Assembly: GCF_963921235.1 (NCBI RefSeq)
Contig: NC_086097.1
Coordinates: 160,644,001-160,708,000 of the forward strand
DNA: 64,000 bases
Reading direction: 5' to 3'
Source of the DNA: Mobula hypostoma
Taxonomy: Eukaryota
Part shown: in pieces, positions 51,921 through 64,000 of the stretch
Numbering within the stretch: position 1 is the stretch's first letter
Layout: each line of letters opens with the position of its first letter
Program-made: the position numbers and the translations under genes
The notes under the pieces: model-generated
The model's input: only the letters and a program-made list of their open reading frames with translations
Database searches by the model: none
Told to the model about the DNA's origin: nothing

Positions 51921-52650
51921 AAAGACCAGATTACATTTCTTTGAATTTTGTTTTGACATGCATGCACCTTTTGAATCCTGTCAGCTTTTATCTCTAGTTA
52001 AAAAATTAAAAATTATGTTACCTAAGTATATAAAAATAAATCACATTTAGTGGTTCTCTTGTCCTAAAATGCTAACTATAACAAAATAGATTTCCTGGTG
52101 TATTAATGGTAAATCAGTTCTGGATTGCAACCTAATACTTCGTATTCTAAGAAGAAAACATTGGAGTTCTAAATATGGTTAATGGAATTTGAAAGAAATT
52201 CATTAAGAATCACTCTGAGCTCCTTTTGGCTTCAGAATATACTATTTATGCAAGAATATACTTTTTATATACTTTTTATGCAAGGTCTCAAAACAAATAA
52301 CAAGCTTTGCACAGAATTACTGCTGAGGGACCAATGGGCTGATTTTAAAGGTAAACAACAGCATTGTAAATAAGTTGAACAACTGCTATATAACTTTTTT
52401 TTCAGCACTTGATTTTCTTTTTCTCATTTGTAAGCATTTTAAGTGCTTTTGTGATATTTCATAAAAAGATTCAGATCCCCAGCAGTTTAATTGGATCTTT
52501 GGCATTCAAGACCGGTGATCAAAACTATACAGAACTCCAGGTACGACCTACGGAAAGCTGTTTTGAGGGCAACAGTACAATTGAGATTGTGGTTAGGGAC
52601 AGAATTTGATGCATGTCAGCTCTGGCAGAATTTGCACCCCTTTACTTCCG

Positions 52651-53907
52651 TAGAACATAGAACATAGAATAGTACATCACAGTACAGGCCCTTCGGCCCA
52701 CAATGTTGTGCCGACCCTCAAAGCCTACCTCCCATATAAGCCCCCACCTTAGATTCCTCCATATACCTGTCTAGTAGTCTCTTAAACTTTACTAGTGTAT
52801 CTGCCTCCACCACTGACTCAGGCAGTGCATTCCACGCACCAACCACTCTCTGAGTAAAAAACCTTCCTCTAACATCCCCCTTGAACTTCCCACCCCTTAC
52901 CTTAAAGCCATGTCCTCTTGTATTGAGCAGTGGTGCCCTGGGGAAGAGGCGCTGGCTATCCACTCTATCTATTCCTCTTATTATCTTGTACACCTCTATC
53001 ATGTCTCCTCTCATCCTCCTTCTCTCCAAGGAGTAAAGCCCTAGCTCCCTTAATCTCTGATCATAATGCATACTTTCTAAACCAGGCAGCATCCTGGTAA
53101 ATCTCCTCTGTACCCTTTCCAATGCTTCCACATCCTTCCTATAGTGAGGTGACCAGAACTGAACACAATACTCCAAGTGTGGCCTAACCAGAGTTTTATA
53201 GAGCTGCATCATTATATCGCGACTCTTAAGCTCTATCCCTCGACTTATGAAAGCTAACACCCCATAAGCTTTCTTAACTACCCTATCCACCTGTGAGGCA
53301 ACTTTCAGGGATCTGTGGACATGTACGCCGAGATCCCTCTGCTCCTCCACACTACCAACTATCCTGCCATTTACTTTGTACTCTGCCTTGGAGTTTGTCC
53401 TTCAAGGTGTACCACCTCACACTTCTCTGGGTTGAACTCCATCTGCCACTTCTCAGCCCACTTCTGCATCCTATCAATGTCTCTCTGCAATCTTTGACAA
53501 TCCTCTACACTATCTACAACACCACCAACCATTGTGTCGTCTGTAAACTTGCCAACCCACCCTTCTACCCCCACATCCAGGTCGTTAATAAAAATCACGA
53601 AAAGTAGAGGTCCCAAAACAGATCCTTGTGGGACACCACTAGTCACAATCCTCCAATCTGAATGTACTCCCTCCACCACCACCCTCTGCCTTCTGCAGGC
53701 AAGCCAATTCTGAATCCACCTGGCCAAACTTCCCTGGATCCCATGCCTTCTAACTTTCTGAATAAGCCTACCATGTGGAACCTTGTCAAATGCCTTACTA
53801 AAATCCATATAGATCACATCCACTGCACTACCCTCATCTATCTGCCTGGTCACCTCCTCAAAGAACTCTATCAGGCTTGTTATCTGCCCTTCACAAAGCC
53901 ATGCTGA
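52651..53907 (-). mobile_element. Young 5'-truncated CR1 (RT core to 3' tail)
   Basis: ORFs 53371..53928 (YMDFSKAFDKVPH, GVPQGSVLGP, FTDDT) and 52718..53350; (TATGTTC)n tail. Confidence 0.95.
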
Positions 53908-55628
53908 CAAAGTGAATCCTAACATCATGAATTGCTGTGATGCTTCACTCCCAGATGAGCTTAAACATGCCTTTTATCCACATTCCGAAAGGGAGAATAA
54001 AACTACACCTGTGAATTTCTGCAGTATCTGGTGACCCCATGATCTGTTGTCTCGGAGGCCAACGTCAGAGCTTCTTTCAAGAGGGTGAACCCTTGCAAGG
54101 CATCGGACCCTGATGGTGTACCCGGTGAAGCTCTTAAAAACTTGTGCCAACCAATTGGTAAGAGTGTTCAAGGACATCAATCTCACATTGCTGTAGTCCA
54201 GGGGTAGGCAACCTACAGCCCACAGGCCAGATTCGGTCTACAAGCGATTTATTTATTTATTGATTGATTGATTGCTCCTTATTCTGAGTGTTTCACGCGA
54301 CCACACTGATGGACATGCATGGCGTCTTGTTACACTGGCCCCAGGTTCCGTTTTGTTCCAGCCCAAACACTGGTATATATGAATGACAGGATGGCAGACT
54401 ACCTTACTAATATGTATTAGATACTCTTCGTTTACGCACAGGTTTTCAGATGGGATCATTCAAATTTGTAAACAGAAACAGCGTCACTGTGTTTTAACAA
54501 GAAATCCATGCCAAATATTCAGATATTTACATGTGCTACGATACTTGTTGAATAACTCGCGTTTTGAAATAAAATCGAAGAAAAAAATTCCAATGGCAAT
54601 AAATGCAAAATGCGGGAATGTAGACACTGCGTGCCGAAATTTCCAAGACACTTGGACACTAGATTACTTCTTCATCAAGCAAGCTGGGAAACCAGTTTGT
54701 TTCATTTGCCTAGAAAATGTTGCTGTGAAGAAGGTGGCAAAATATCAGGCAACATTATGAGATCCGCCATAGTGGAAATTTTAACAAGTTTACTGGGCAA
54801 GCAAGGAAAGATGAAGTTGAGCGAATGAAGGATAGTTTCGGAAAACAAATGTCAATTTTTTGCCAAGAAAAGCAGTGAAGATGAAGGAAATACCCGTGCC
54901 AGCTAAGAAGTCTCAAAACGTATTGCAGAAAAGATGAAGCCTTTTACAGATGGAGAGTTTGTCAAAGAATGTTTACTGGCAGTGGTGGATATTGTTTGTC
55001 CTGAAAAGAAATTTTTATAGTCCAAGAATTGAGAAAAAAGTTTTCATCTCGTTTTGCTGATTTTCACTTGCATGCAAATGAATTCAAGCTGTTTGCTACT
55101 CCATTTGATGTGGAAGTGGACACTGCATCAGAAATTTTTCAAATGCAATTGATTGAGACGCAGTGTGACGACATATTGAGATCGAAATATCTTCTGAGGA
55201 TGTGTCAGTGCTTGACTTCTATAGAAAATATATTCATCCAAGTGGGAAGTATCCTAACTTAGTGGACCATGCAAAAAAGATGGCATCATTGTTTGGCAGC
55301 ACTTAACTGTGTGAACAATTATTTTCAAAAATGAAGCACACCATTTGAGAACAAGATTGACCGATGCCCATCTGGATAATGTCTTGCTCTTGGCATCAAC
55401 AAGTCTGACACCCAATATTGAGAAGCTTTCAAGCAATAAACCGCATCAAGTTTCACATTGATTTATCGACTGTTTGCATTAAAATTTTCTTCTTTATTAT
55501 ACTTAATTTACCACCATTCAATGCGTCATGTTCATACTTTTTATGTTTGAAGATTCTTTGTGTCCTCTTAATAGGTTCAAAAGATGCCTTGATTGAAATA
55601 AATTGCAACTAAACCGAGTTCTTTGATT

Positions 55629-56169
55629 CTTCATCTCCTCTACTGTAGAGATGAAGCCACACTCAGGTTGGAGGAACAACACCTTATATTCCGTCTGGGT
55701 AGCCTCCAACCTGATGGCATGAACATCGACCTCTAACTTCCGCTAAGGCCCCACCTCCCCCTCGTACCCCATCTGTTACTCATTTTTATGCACACATTCT
55801 TTCTCTCACCTTTTTCTCCCTCTGTCCCTCTGAATATACCTCTTGCCCATCCTCTGGGTCACCCCCCCCTTGTCTTTCTTCCCGGACCTCCTGTCCCATG
55901 ATCCTCTTGTATCCCCTTTTGCCTATCACCTGTCCAGCTCTCGGCTCTATCCCTCCCCCTCCTGTCTTCTCCTATCATTTTGGATCTCCCCCTCCCCCTC
56001 CAACTTTCAAATCCCTTACTCACTCTTCCTTCAGTTAGTCCTGACGAAGGGTCTCGGCCTGAAACGTCGACTGCACCTCTTCCTATAGATGCTGCTTGGC
56101 CTGCTGCGTTCACCAGCAACTTTGATGTATGTTGCTTGAATTTCCAGCATCTGCAGAATTCCTGTTGTT
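55629..56169 (+). mobile_element. Young Penelope-like 3' end with pseudo-LTR
   Basis: DEATLRLEEQHLIFRLGSLQPDGMNID; TSD TTCTTTGATT at 55619-55628 and 56170-56179. Confidence 0.9.
56037..56072 (+). ncRNA. Minimal type I hammerhead ribozyme motif (intact core)
   Basis: The 36-mer is identical to 4440-4475. Confidence 0.75.
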
Positions 56170-57599
56170 TTCTTTGATTACTAATGGGAATCTTTGGTTA
56201 AGCACAAATGATTTTCTAGCATGCGTTATTCATTAATCTGAGGCAAAACATAACTAGGTGTAATTAAATGGATAATTCCCATATTTCAAATTTTTTTTAT
56301 GGCATTTATCTGGCCTACTGTCCACTTATTAATACGTCATCTGGCCCACAGAGACAAAAAGGTTGCCAACCCCTGCTGTAATCAGAGGTTCCCACCTGCT
56401 TCATATGAGTATCAATCATACAAGTGCCTAAGAAGAGCATGATGAGCTGTCTTGACTATCACTCAGTGGCATTCACATCTACTGCAGTGAAGTACTTTGA
56501 GATGTTGGTCATTGCTAGAATCAACTTCTGCCTAAGCAAAGACCTGGACTCCCTGCAATTTGCCTATCGTCACAGGGGGTGTACAGGGATGCAATCTCGT
56601 TGGCTGTCCACTTGGCCTTGGCCTGGTCAATAGCAATACCTACGTCAAGTTGCTGTTTATTGACTACAGCTCAGCGTTCAATACAATCATATCCTCAGTT
56701 CTAATCAACAAGCTCCAGAACCTGGGCCTTTATACCTTCCTCTGCAACTGGATCTTTGACTTCCTCACTGGGAGACCACAGTCTGTGTGGATTGGAAATA
56801 ACAACTCCTCGCTGCCAATCAACCTGGTGCACCTCTAGAATGCATGCTTAGCCTACTGCTCTACTCTCTCTATGCCCAGGATTATGGACCTAGACAGGGC
56901 TCAAACACATCTATAAATTTGCCAACAACTCAACTGTTGTTGGCAGGATTTAGGTGGTGATGAGGAGCCGTACAGGAGTAAGATAGATCAGCTGATTGAG
57001 CGTTGTATACAGCAACAACCTTGCACTCAATGTCAGTAAGACCAAGGAATTGATTGTAGACTTCAGGAAGGGGAAGTCAAGGGAAAACACACCTGTTTTC
57101 ATTCTACTCTGCCTCCTGTAAGGAGTCTGTCTACTCTGCTCTCCCAGTTCCAGTTCCACTTCCCACTCCCATCTTTAGGGAGCAGTGTCTCAGAAAGGCA
57201 GTGTCCATTACTAAGGACCTCCAGCACCCAGGGCATGCCCTTTTCTCACTGTTACCATCAAGTAGGAGATACAGAAGCCTGAAGGCACACACACAGCGAT
57301 TCAGGAACAGCTTCTTCCCCTCTGCCATCTGATTCCTGAATGGACTTTGAAGCTTTGGACACTACCTCACTTTTTTAATATACAGTATTTCTGTTTTTGC
57401 ACACTTGTAATACTCTATTCAATATCTGTAATTTACTTAATAATGTTTTATTTTATTTATCATTACTAGTTTTTTTTCTGTCTCTGTTAGATTATGTATT
57501 GCATTGAACTGCTGCTGCTAAGTTAACAAATTTCACGTCACATGCCGGTGATAATAAACCTGATTCTGATTCTGGTTCTGACTTCCTTTCTTGTACGTG

Positions 57600-58330
57600 C
57601 TCTGATGCTGGGACTTGCAGTACCGGTATGTATTGTCTTCCTTTACAATCAAATGCCTGCACAATTGCATTGGTCTCCGTAATTTTAGCTACTTTTGTAG
57701 AGATTCCACTACCAGAAACATATTTCCCTTTCAGCATTTTGCAAGGATCATTCTCTTCATGCTTCCTTATCCACTCTTCCATTCTCAGCTGCCTAGCCCA
57801 TCTTGAGGCTCTTTTCCTTACAACTACAGGTGATGTGCCACTTGTTCTTTCACCTCTTCCCATTCTGCTATCCAGAAACCCGAACAGTCTTTCCAGGCAA
57901 AACAGCATTTCTCTTGCACTATTTTCCATTCTAGTTTATTCCATTCTGTTCTCACAATACTGCACTGTAAAACCCAATCACAAATATAATAATCACTTTG
58001 CAGAGGACCTGTAATTATCTGCACGGGCGACTTAAGCTTCCCATTGCCAGCCACATTATTCTCCATCCCACTTCCATTCTTAGTTGCTCTCCTGCCCAAT
58101 CTTTTTTCTTCAGGTGTTGAAGACATGCCCAGCCTCACCTGCTAGGCATGTTTTCCTGATTAGCATATTGCAACTTATACCCATAGTCACCCCTGTTTAA
58201 CTGTATCAGTAATATCCTGCCTCTTCATCCTCACTGCAGATTAAACTTGGCCGTCTTCCCTGTAGTGGTTTTGTTTCTCACCTCACAGATATATACTGGC
58301 CTGCTGAGGATTCTCAGTCTTTGTCCTTTC
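57600..58330 (+). mobile_element. Very old Penelope-like remnant
   Basis: Weak similarity to the endonuclease region and pseudo-LTR of the 24.4-26.2 kb element. Confidence 0.4.
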
Positions 58331-59509
58331 TCTCATTTCATAATTAATGTACCATTGTCCTTGTGATACAGTTCTGCAGTGGATGCAGAATAAAATCAAT
58401 ATCATAAATCATGGTCATCTGTAAATGCTCATATCAAGTTTGTAAATATAGTGTTTCTATTTTCAATTTTCAAATGGTATATTTTAATGTTATCCATCCG
58501 TTGTTTATGAACGTTACTTCTAATTTTTAAATTAACACAAAATCTTAGTAGTACAAGCATTACAGTGACAAGGGCTGCCCAAGATGCAAGAATCTAAGGG
58601 AGGTGATGGGTAATGAAGGTAGGGGCCTGAAGAAGGAATCTGATATGAGAGGACAGTAGACCATAAAGGGAACATGCTGGATAAACAGGGAGGAAGGTGA
58701 CGGGTGAATAAGGGTGAGGTAGGGGAAAGATGGGTAATGGAGGCATTTAGACAGGCACATGAACAGGCAGGGAATGGAGGGATATAGACCATGTGCAAGC
58801 AGGTAGATCAGTTTGTATTGGCATCACATTTGGTATGGGCATGGTTGACTGAAGGGCCTGTTTCTGTGCTATAATGTTCTGTAAATCAAAAACACAGTCA
58901 TGTAGTTTTGTCGTTTTTCTATTTAGCCACTAAATGGAGTAGAAGGAAATAAAACCAGGAAATTATGGAAACACTCAGCAGGTCAGGCACCATCTGTATA
59001 AATGCCACCTGATCTGATCATAGTATGCACAACTTTTATTTTAATTTGGATTTCCAGCATCAGCAGTTCTTATTTATGGGGCAGCATAGCAGTTAATATG
59101 ATGCTTTACAGCATTGCTGTAAGATCAGGTTTCAATTCCCACCACTGTACACTGTTGGCATCAGAAGTATAATGACACTTGTGGGTTGCCCTCAGCACAT
59201 TCTCAACACTGAAGGGTCTTGGCCCAGAACATTGCCTGTTTACTCTTCCACAGACGCTGCCTGCTCTGCTGAGTCCATCCAGCATTTTGTGTGTGCTGCA
59301 ATGCATTTCACTTTATAGTATGATGTATATGTCACAAAGGTAATCTTTAAGATCTCTTTACTTTGATTTTTCAGTTGGACTGGAAAAAGAAAGTGGTTTG
59401 TATCACAATGTACTTGTAATTTGCAGACTAATTTGTAGGTTATAATCTCAAAATTCTTCTGAACATTGGTTAAATATCCAAGAAAAATAATCTGACGAAT
59501 TCTGCACCC

Positions 59510-59660
59510 CATGGTAGTGTAGCGGTTAGCACATTGCTTTTATAGCCTGGGGCATACCAGGATTTGGAGTTCAATTCTGTTGCTGCCTGTAAGGAGTTTG
59601 TACAATCTTCCTCTGAACCATATAAAGATATTGTAGGTTAAATGGGCATTGTAAATTGTT
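59510..59660 (+). mobile_element. tRNA-derived SINE head (a related copy lies at about 59080-59200)
   Basis: GGTAGTGTAGCGG (A-box-like) and GAGTTCAATTC (B-box-like), followed by CTGTAAGGAGTTTGTAC. Confidence 0.55.
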
Positions 59661-59759
59661 CTACATGAAAAGTAGCAGACTCCTGTAGAATACAATTGGT
59701 GGGCAAACAGAAAAGGCTCGTGTTATTCTCACTTTTTGCCTCCTGCCAATCAACTAATC

Positions 59760-60220
59760 TTCTGTCTATGCTAGTATCTTTTTCCTAATAATCTTGTGCA
59801 ACAGCCTCATGTGTGGCACCTTCTGAAATCTAAGTAAACCATATCCATTGATTCTCCTTTGTCTATTCTGCCTTTCATTTGCTCTAAGGATTCCGACAGA
59901 TTTTGCAGGCAAGATTTCACCTTAAACAAACCATGCTGACTTTATCATGTACACTGAAACTTCATCCTTGATAATGGACTCTTAACATCTTGCCAACCAC
60001 TGAAGTCAAGCTAACTGGCCTTTTTTTTTGTCTTTTACCTCCCTTCCTTTCTAAAGAGTGGAGTAATATTTGCAGTTGTCAAGTGCTCTGGAACCTCCAT
60101 AGTGTCTTGAGCTAAATTTTTCAGAACCCTGGAGTGTAGTCAGTCTGGTGCAGGTGACATATATACTTTGAGATATTTCATCTTGATAATAGTGACTACA
60201 CTTACTTCTGCCCTCTGACA
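59760..60220 (-). mobile_element. CR1 ORF2 fragment
   Basis: Homologous to 10540-11100. Confidence 0.75.
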
Positions 60221-63200
60221 TTCAAATTGTGCTATAATGTTATGTTGGAATTCAGTTGTAAAGGAAAGAAATCTCACAGATGGAGAGCCCTTGCATTGTA
60301 ATTCTTCCTCCAACAGCCACCTAACCCACCCAACTAAAGTATGTTTTATAGTAGCAACTTCATTTTATCGATATTGAAGCTACTTCTGAGAATTTTAGAA
60401 GCAGTTGACTTAAGTGTAAGTCTTGACTTGATGCACAATTTTCAAACCACTTCTGACTTAATTCTTTATTGTTGGTTGTTAGCACCAGAGCTATTGAATT
60501 TACCATGAGTTTGTAGGTACAATCTGCCCCATTCAATTAATTAAGATCTTTATCAGAAATTATAGAATAGTGTTTACTATCAGAAATTTTTGCTGTAGTT
60601 TCAACTATATTCCAGAAATTGTAATGATATTGTGATATAGGTAATTATAAAAAATTACATTAAAACGTTTTTCAAAATGCATTTCTCACTACCATTTGAT
60701 GTGGGAATTAAAACCCAGGTCTCCTTTTATTAAAACTTTGGTGCATATTGTTATTGTGCAGTTACGGTTATTGCCTTTCTTATCTATTTTTATATTTGGA
60801 GATAGAGAACAGCAACATGCCTTTCTAGCCAAAGAGCTCACGCTACTTAATCGCACCCGTTATCCATGCACATATTTTAGAAGAGAATGTGAGCTTTCTT
60901 TGGTTTGTTAGTAGACATGTTCTAGGATATGTACCAAAAGAGAAAGTGTATTATTCTATAGAAGAGGATTAGACTACTCAAGGTGCTGGCAATAGGCCAG
61001 AGTAACTGGAACTTGCACATTTTTTGCTACAGCCAGTTGTATGACTGTTCAGTTCCCCACTAGGGCGGCCTCTTTTTAGCTGTCATTTGAGATTGCTAAT
61101 TGGATGCAGACTTTGCATAGACAAACATTGATTTACAGGAAATGCATCGTTTGAGGTTTATCTGGGAAGTGAGGGGAAGGTCTGAAGCTTTCAGATAAAC
61201 CGATACCAGGAAAGAATATGTTAGTGTAGTTGCACTCTGTGGTTCCGTCAGTATTTGTTAGATAATTGGATATATTCATTGTGTATATATATATATAGTT
61301 TATCAAGTTTTTTAGAACCACATTATGTTCAGATTGTCAAAGTAAAAATGCCTTTGGGAAGAATGTGAATTCTTCTTCTCTGCTAATGGGATTTTCTAAG
61401 AAGATTAGCAACAGGAAGTAACCACCAACTTTTGCCACACAGTGAGTTTAATTTTGCTCCATATTGATAAGGTATATTTAAATGCATTATAAAAATGAAC
61501 ATATTGGCATCAGCTTTCTAATGCAAGTATAAATGTTGATTGTGATGTAAATTTCCATGTTTTTAAGTATTAATGCAGGAGTGTTTAAATTAATAGATGC
61601 TAAATAATCTCCTAGTCGATAATACTGAGTCTTTACTTTGTCTTTTCACTTCTAATGGCTGTCAGACATAGAAACAATGCTACAAATAAATGTAGTTCTA
61701 GATGCATGATAATGACATTTTATTGAGTTAACTCTGCAACATAAAATTTGCATGTGGGCAGTATTTTGAAATTTTTCAAATGTAATGATGTTAAATAGTG
61801 ATGTAATGTAATTGCTGCAAAAGTACATCATTCTTAAGTGACAAATGATGCACACCCTTAGCTATCCCAGGTAGAACTTTAGATGAATATTTGCTGCAAC
61901 ATGACCATAATTTGCATACCATAGAAATTTCCATGTACTGTACATGCAATATATAAAATCTTGATTTGTCGTGGAGTTCACAATTAAAATATTTTAAATT
62001 GCCAGTTTCGGAAACCATAACTCACCAAAATCGTTTCATACTTGGGCATATGAAGGCTGTGATAGTTTTGCAACAACCTTCATATCCAATCTCAAATTAA
62101 ATGGAACATTTAAAAATCCAGACTGGCTGTGGGTGGGAATGTTTGGTTTCTGTTGTGGCAGTTCAGAAGTCTCTCACTATTGGAATTTGGGGTTTTTTTT
62201 TGAAAGAAAATATTTTATTCTTACCGCTGTCTTTAAGGTCCATAGATAAGATGAGTTTCTGGCCTCAGAAATGCCATCTCCTTGTATGTTTTTCATGTAA
62301 CATGCTGAATGTTAAGTGTTACCCTAGCAGACCAGTGGCAATTGTTTTCGACTGTTGAGACTGGAACTTTTCCCCAGTCTAAAATTGTGCATGTAATATA
62401 ATATAACATGTTTAATTTCTGATTATTTATATTTAAACCCAAGAATGAATCAAAAGACTACTTTCCATTCCAGCTGAGGCATTTCTGGGGTTTATCAAGG
62501 GCAACCTTGTGTTAAAGCTAATTAATTTGCTTGAGTGCTTCTTCATTTGGTGTACTGTAAAGTAATATGAAGGGTTTGCCATACTTCACTGTAATATTCT
62601 GCTCATCTATGCATTTCATAGCTGGAAGATTGTGGAGGATTAGCTGCTTAATCTTGACTTGTCAAATACAATATTTAGATTATGGCCGAGCAATCCTTTC
62701 CTATGGTTTTTTAAAACTGTATGTCGACATAAACTGAAAGCAATATTCTCAATGAATTATCTCATCAATACATTTCGCTGATCTCAAAATGCTTAAAACA
62801 TTGTACTCTGGTTATATATTCTAGTATGCCATTTTACTATATTATAATTGTTCAATCTTAAAAGGGTTGGTCTAGATTCAATTGCATGATTTTTTTCTTT
62901 ACTGTATTTTCTTTTATCCCCAGGAATGGAAATGCAGTTGCAATGATTTCTAGGTTGAATTGCACCATTCTGGAAATCCAATCAGCTATTTCTTGTAATG
63001 GATCATATATGTGTAGATCAGCCATTTTCATCTCTAAAATTACATGTAATGATACTCTCTATTCATAACATTTTAGAAATTAGGGGGAGCTTATTTGACA
63101 AAGTTCTGAGATGTTCCTCGAATCCCAACTAGTTTTTAATTACACTCTGTGATCTGCATTGGCACAATTTGAAGGGGAGGCTTTCTAACCAGAACCAACA

Positions 63201-64000
63201 CAGCATTTTCGTACCCGACTCAATTGTGTCTCACATAATTTAGCAAATGGCTTTACTTTGGGGCCACCAGTTTCATTTTCTACACCCGACTCAAAGCCCA
63301 CCTTTCCCACTTTTGCCATGCTGAACCAAAATGTGTTCAATCACTATTTGCAGGGCCTTGATTTGCTGCTTGCTGCAAACACCCACTTATTCACAGCAAT
63401 GACACTCTAAATACATCCTTACATTTCTACATGTTGCTTCACAGTTGTCACTTTACTAACAGTCCCATCACATCCATGCTGAAAATTGGGTTCTGAATAA
63501 CTAATCTAGGACTGCGCCGCCGGGTTCCTGAGGATGTGTTGAAGGAATAAGAATATAAGTCATTGGTATTCGGTGTTGAATACAGTCTGGCTAATCTTGG
63601 TGCTGGGAAAATTAGACGTAGTACAGGAGAAGATACTACAGTTAGTTTTCAGTGAGCTCAACTTTATGGAGAATGACACTCAAACAAGATGAATGTTGGA
63701 GTTATTCAGTTTTGAAGTGATTGACACTAAATAATTTAGTTGCAGGTTCAGCTGAAAGCAGAGATGAATGATATGGAATTAAGAGGAGGTTGGTTTTGTT
63801 GTAATGCTTTATGCATTTTAATAAACAAATATAATTATGCTTGAAATTGCCTACCATTGTTTAACATACTGTCCAAAGAATCAATTTAATGGTATCCAGA
63901 GTGTCTTTTTCAGAGGAAGTCAAGATATTTATATTTCCTGGAAATGTAACAACAGTGAGCATTTATGTTAGGTTCTAATACATAAAATAGAGAATTAGAC

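Larger units (their letters stand above)
54199..56375 (+). mobile_element. Internally deleted hAT transposon (GTF2IRD2/EPM2AIP1-like transposase)
   Basis: TIRs CAGGGGTAGGCAACCT / AGGTTGCCAACCCCTG; 8-bp TSD CTGTAGTC / CTGTAATC; CRNFQDTWTLDYFFIKQAGKPVCFICLENVAV, KPFTDGEFVKEC and FATPF. Confidence 0.9.
53920..57575 (+). mobile_element. Rex1/Babar LINE split by a hAT transposon
   Basis: VNPCKASDPDGVPG..FKDI before the insertion; [23 protein letters not shown] and LSVSKTKELIVDFRK-like blocks after it; (TGATTC)n tail. Confidence 0.85.

Noticed and set aside
54383..55262. Domesticated GTF2IRD2/EPM2AIP1-like gene
   Set aside because: Frameshifts, an internal deletion and intact TIR/TSD show a dead transposon.
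61057..61070. CCACTAGGGCGGCC as a CTCF site
   Set aside because: The 3' half departs from the GGCRS core; too weak without ChIP data.
62920..62972. Bulged hairpin containing AATTGCAC (miR-92 family seed-like)
   Set aside because: Three bulges on one arm and no match to known mature sequences beyond the seed.
1..64000. CRISPR array, rRNA, tRNA genes or prokaryotic operons
   Set aside because: None seen. Repeats are dispersed eukaryotic transposons, and the tRNA-like boxes belong to SINE heads.

Overview
Repeat-rich, AT-rich vertebrate genomic DNA. The repeat families (CR1, Rex1/Babar, Penelope-like, HERO, hAT/Charlie, Harbinger, Tc1, BEL/Pao) suggest a cartilaginous fish such as a ray; that assignment is inference. 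I recognise no intact host protein-coding gene, rRNA, tRNA or CRISPR, and nearly all listed ORFs are transposon debris or noise. A CpG-retaining segment at about 6.4-7.7 kb looks like a bidirectional promoter (RFX X-box-like, CRE and ETS motifs, splice donors on both strands, a 38-nt candidate ATG exon). The rest of the window looks like a long intron or intergenic region. The most notable signals are RNA structures inside retroelements. (1) Many Penelope-like pseudo-LTR copies carry a minimal type I hammerhead ribozyme motif, two with an intact core (4440-4475, 56037-56072). (2) An RTE-like short element carries a partial HDV-like ribozyme fold (23509-23570). (3) Penelope insertions recur as inverted pairs, including a ~350-nt near-complete fold-back bounded by an 11-bp target-site duplication (20111-20477). 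Repeat boundaries were set by eye and are approximate unless a TSD or TIR is quoted.
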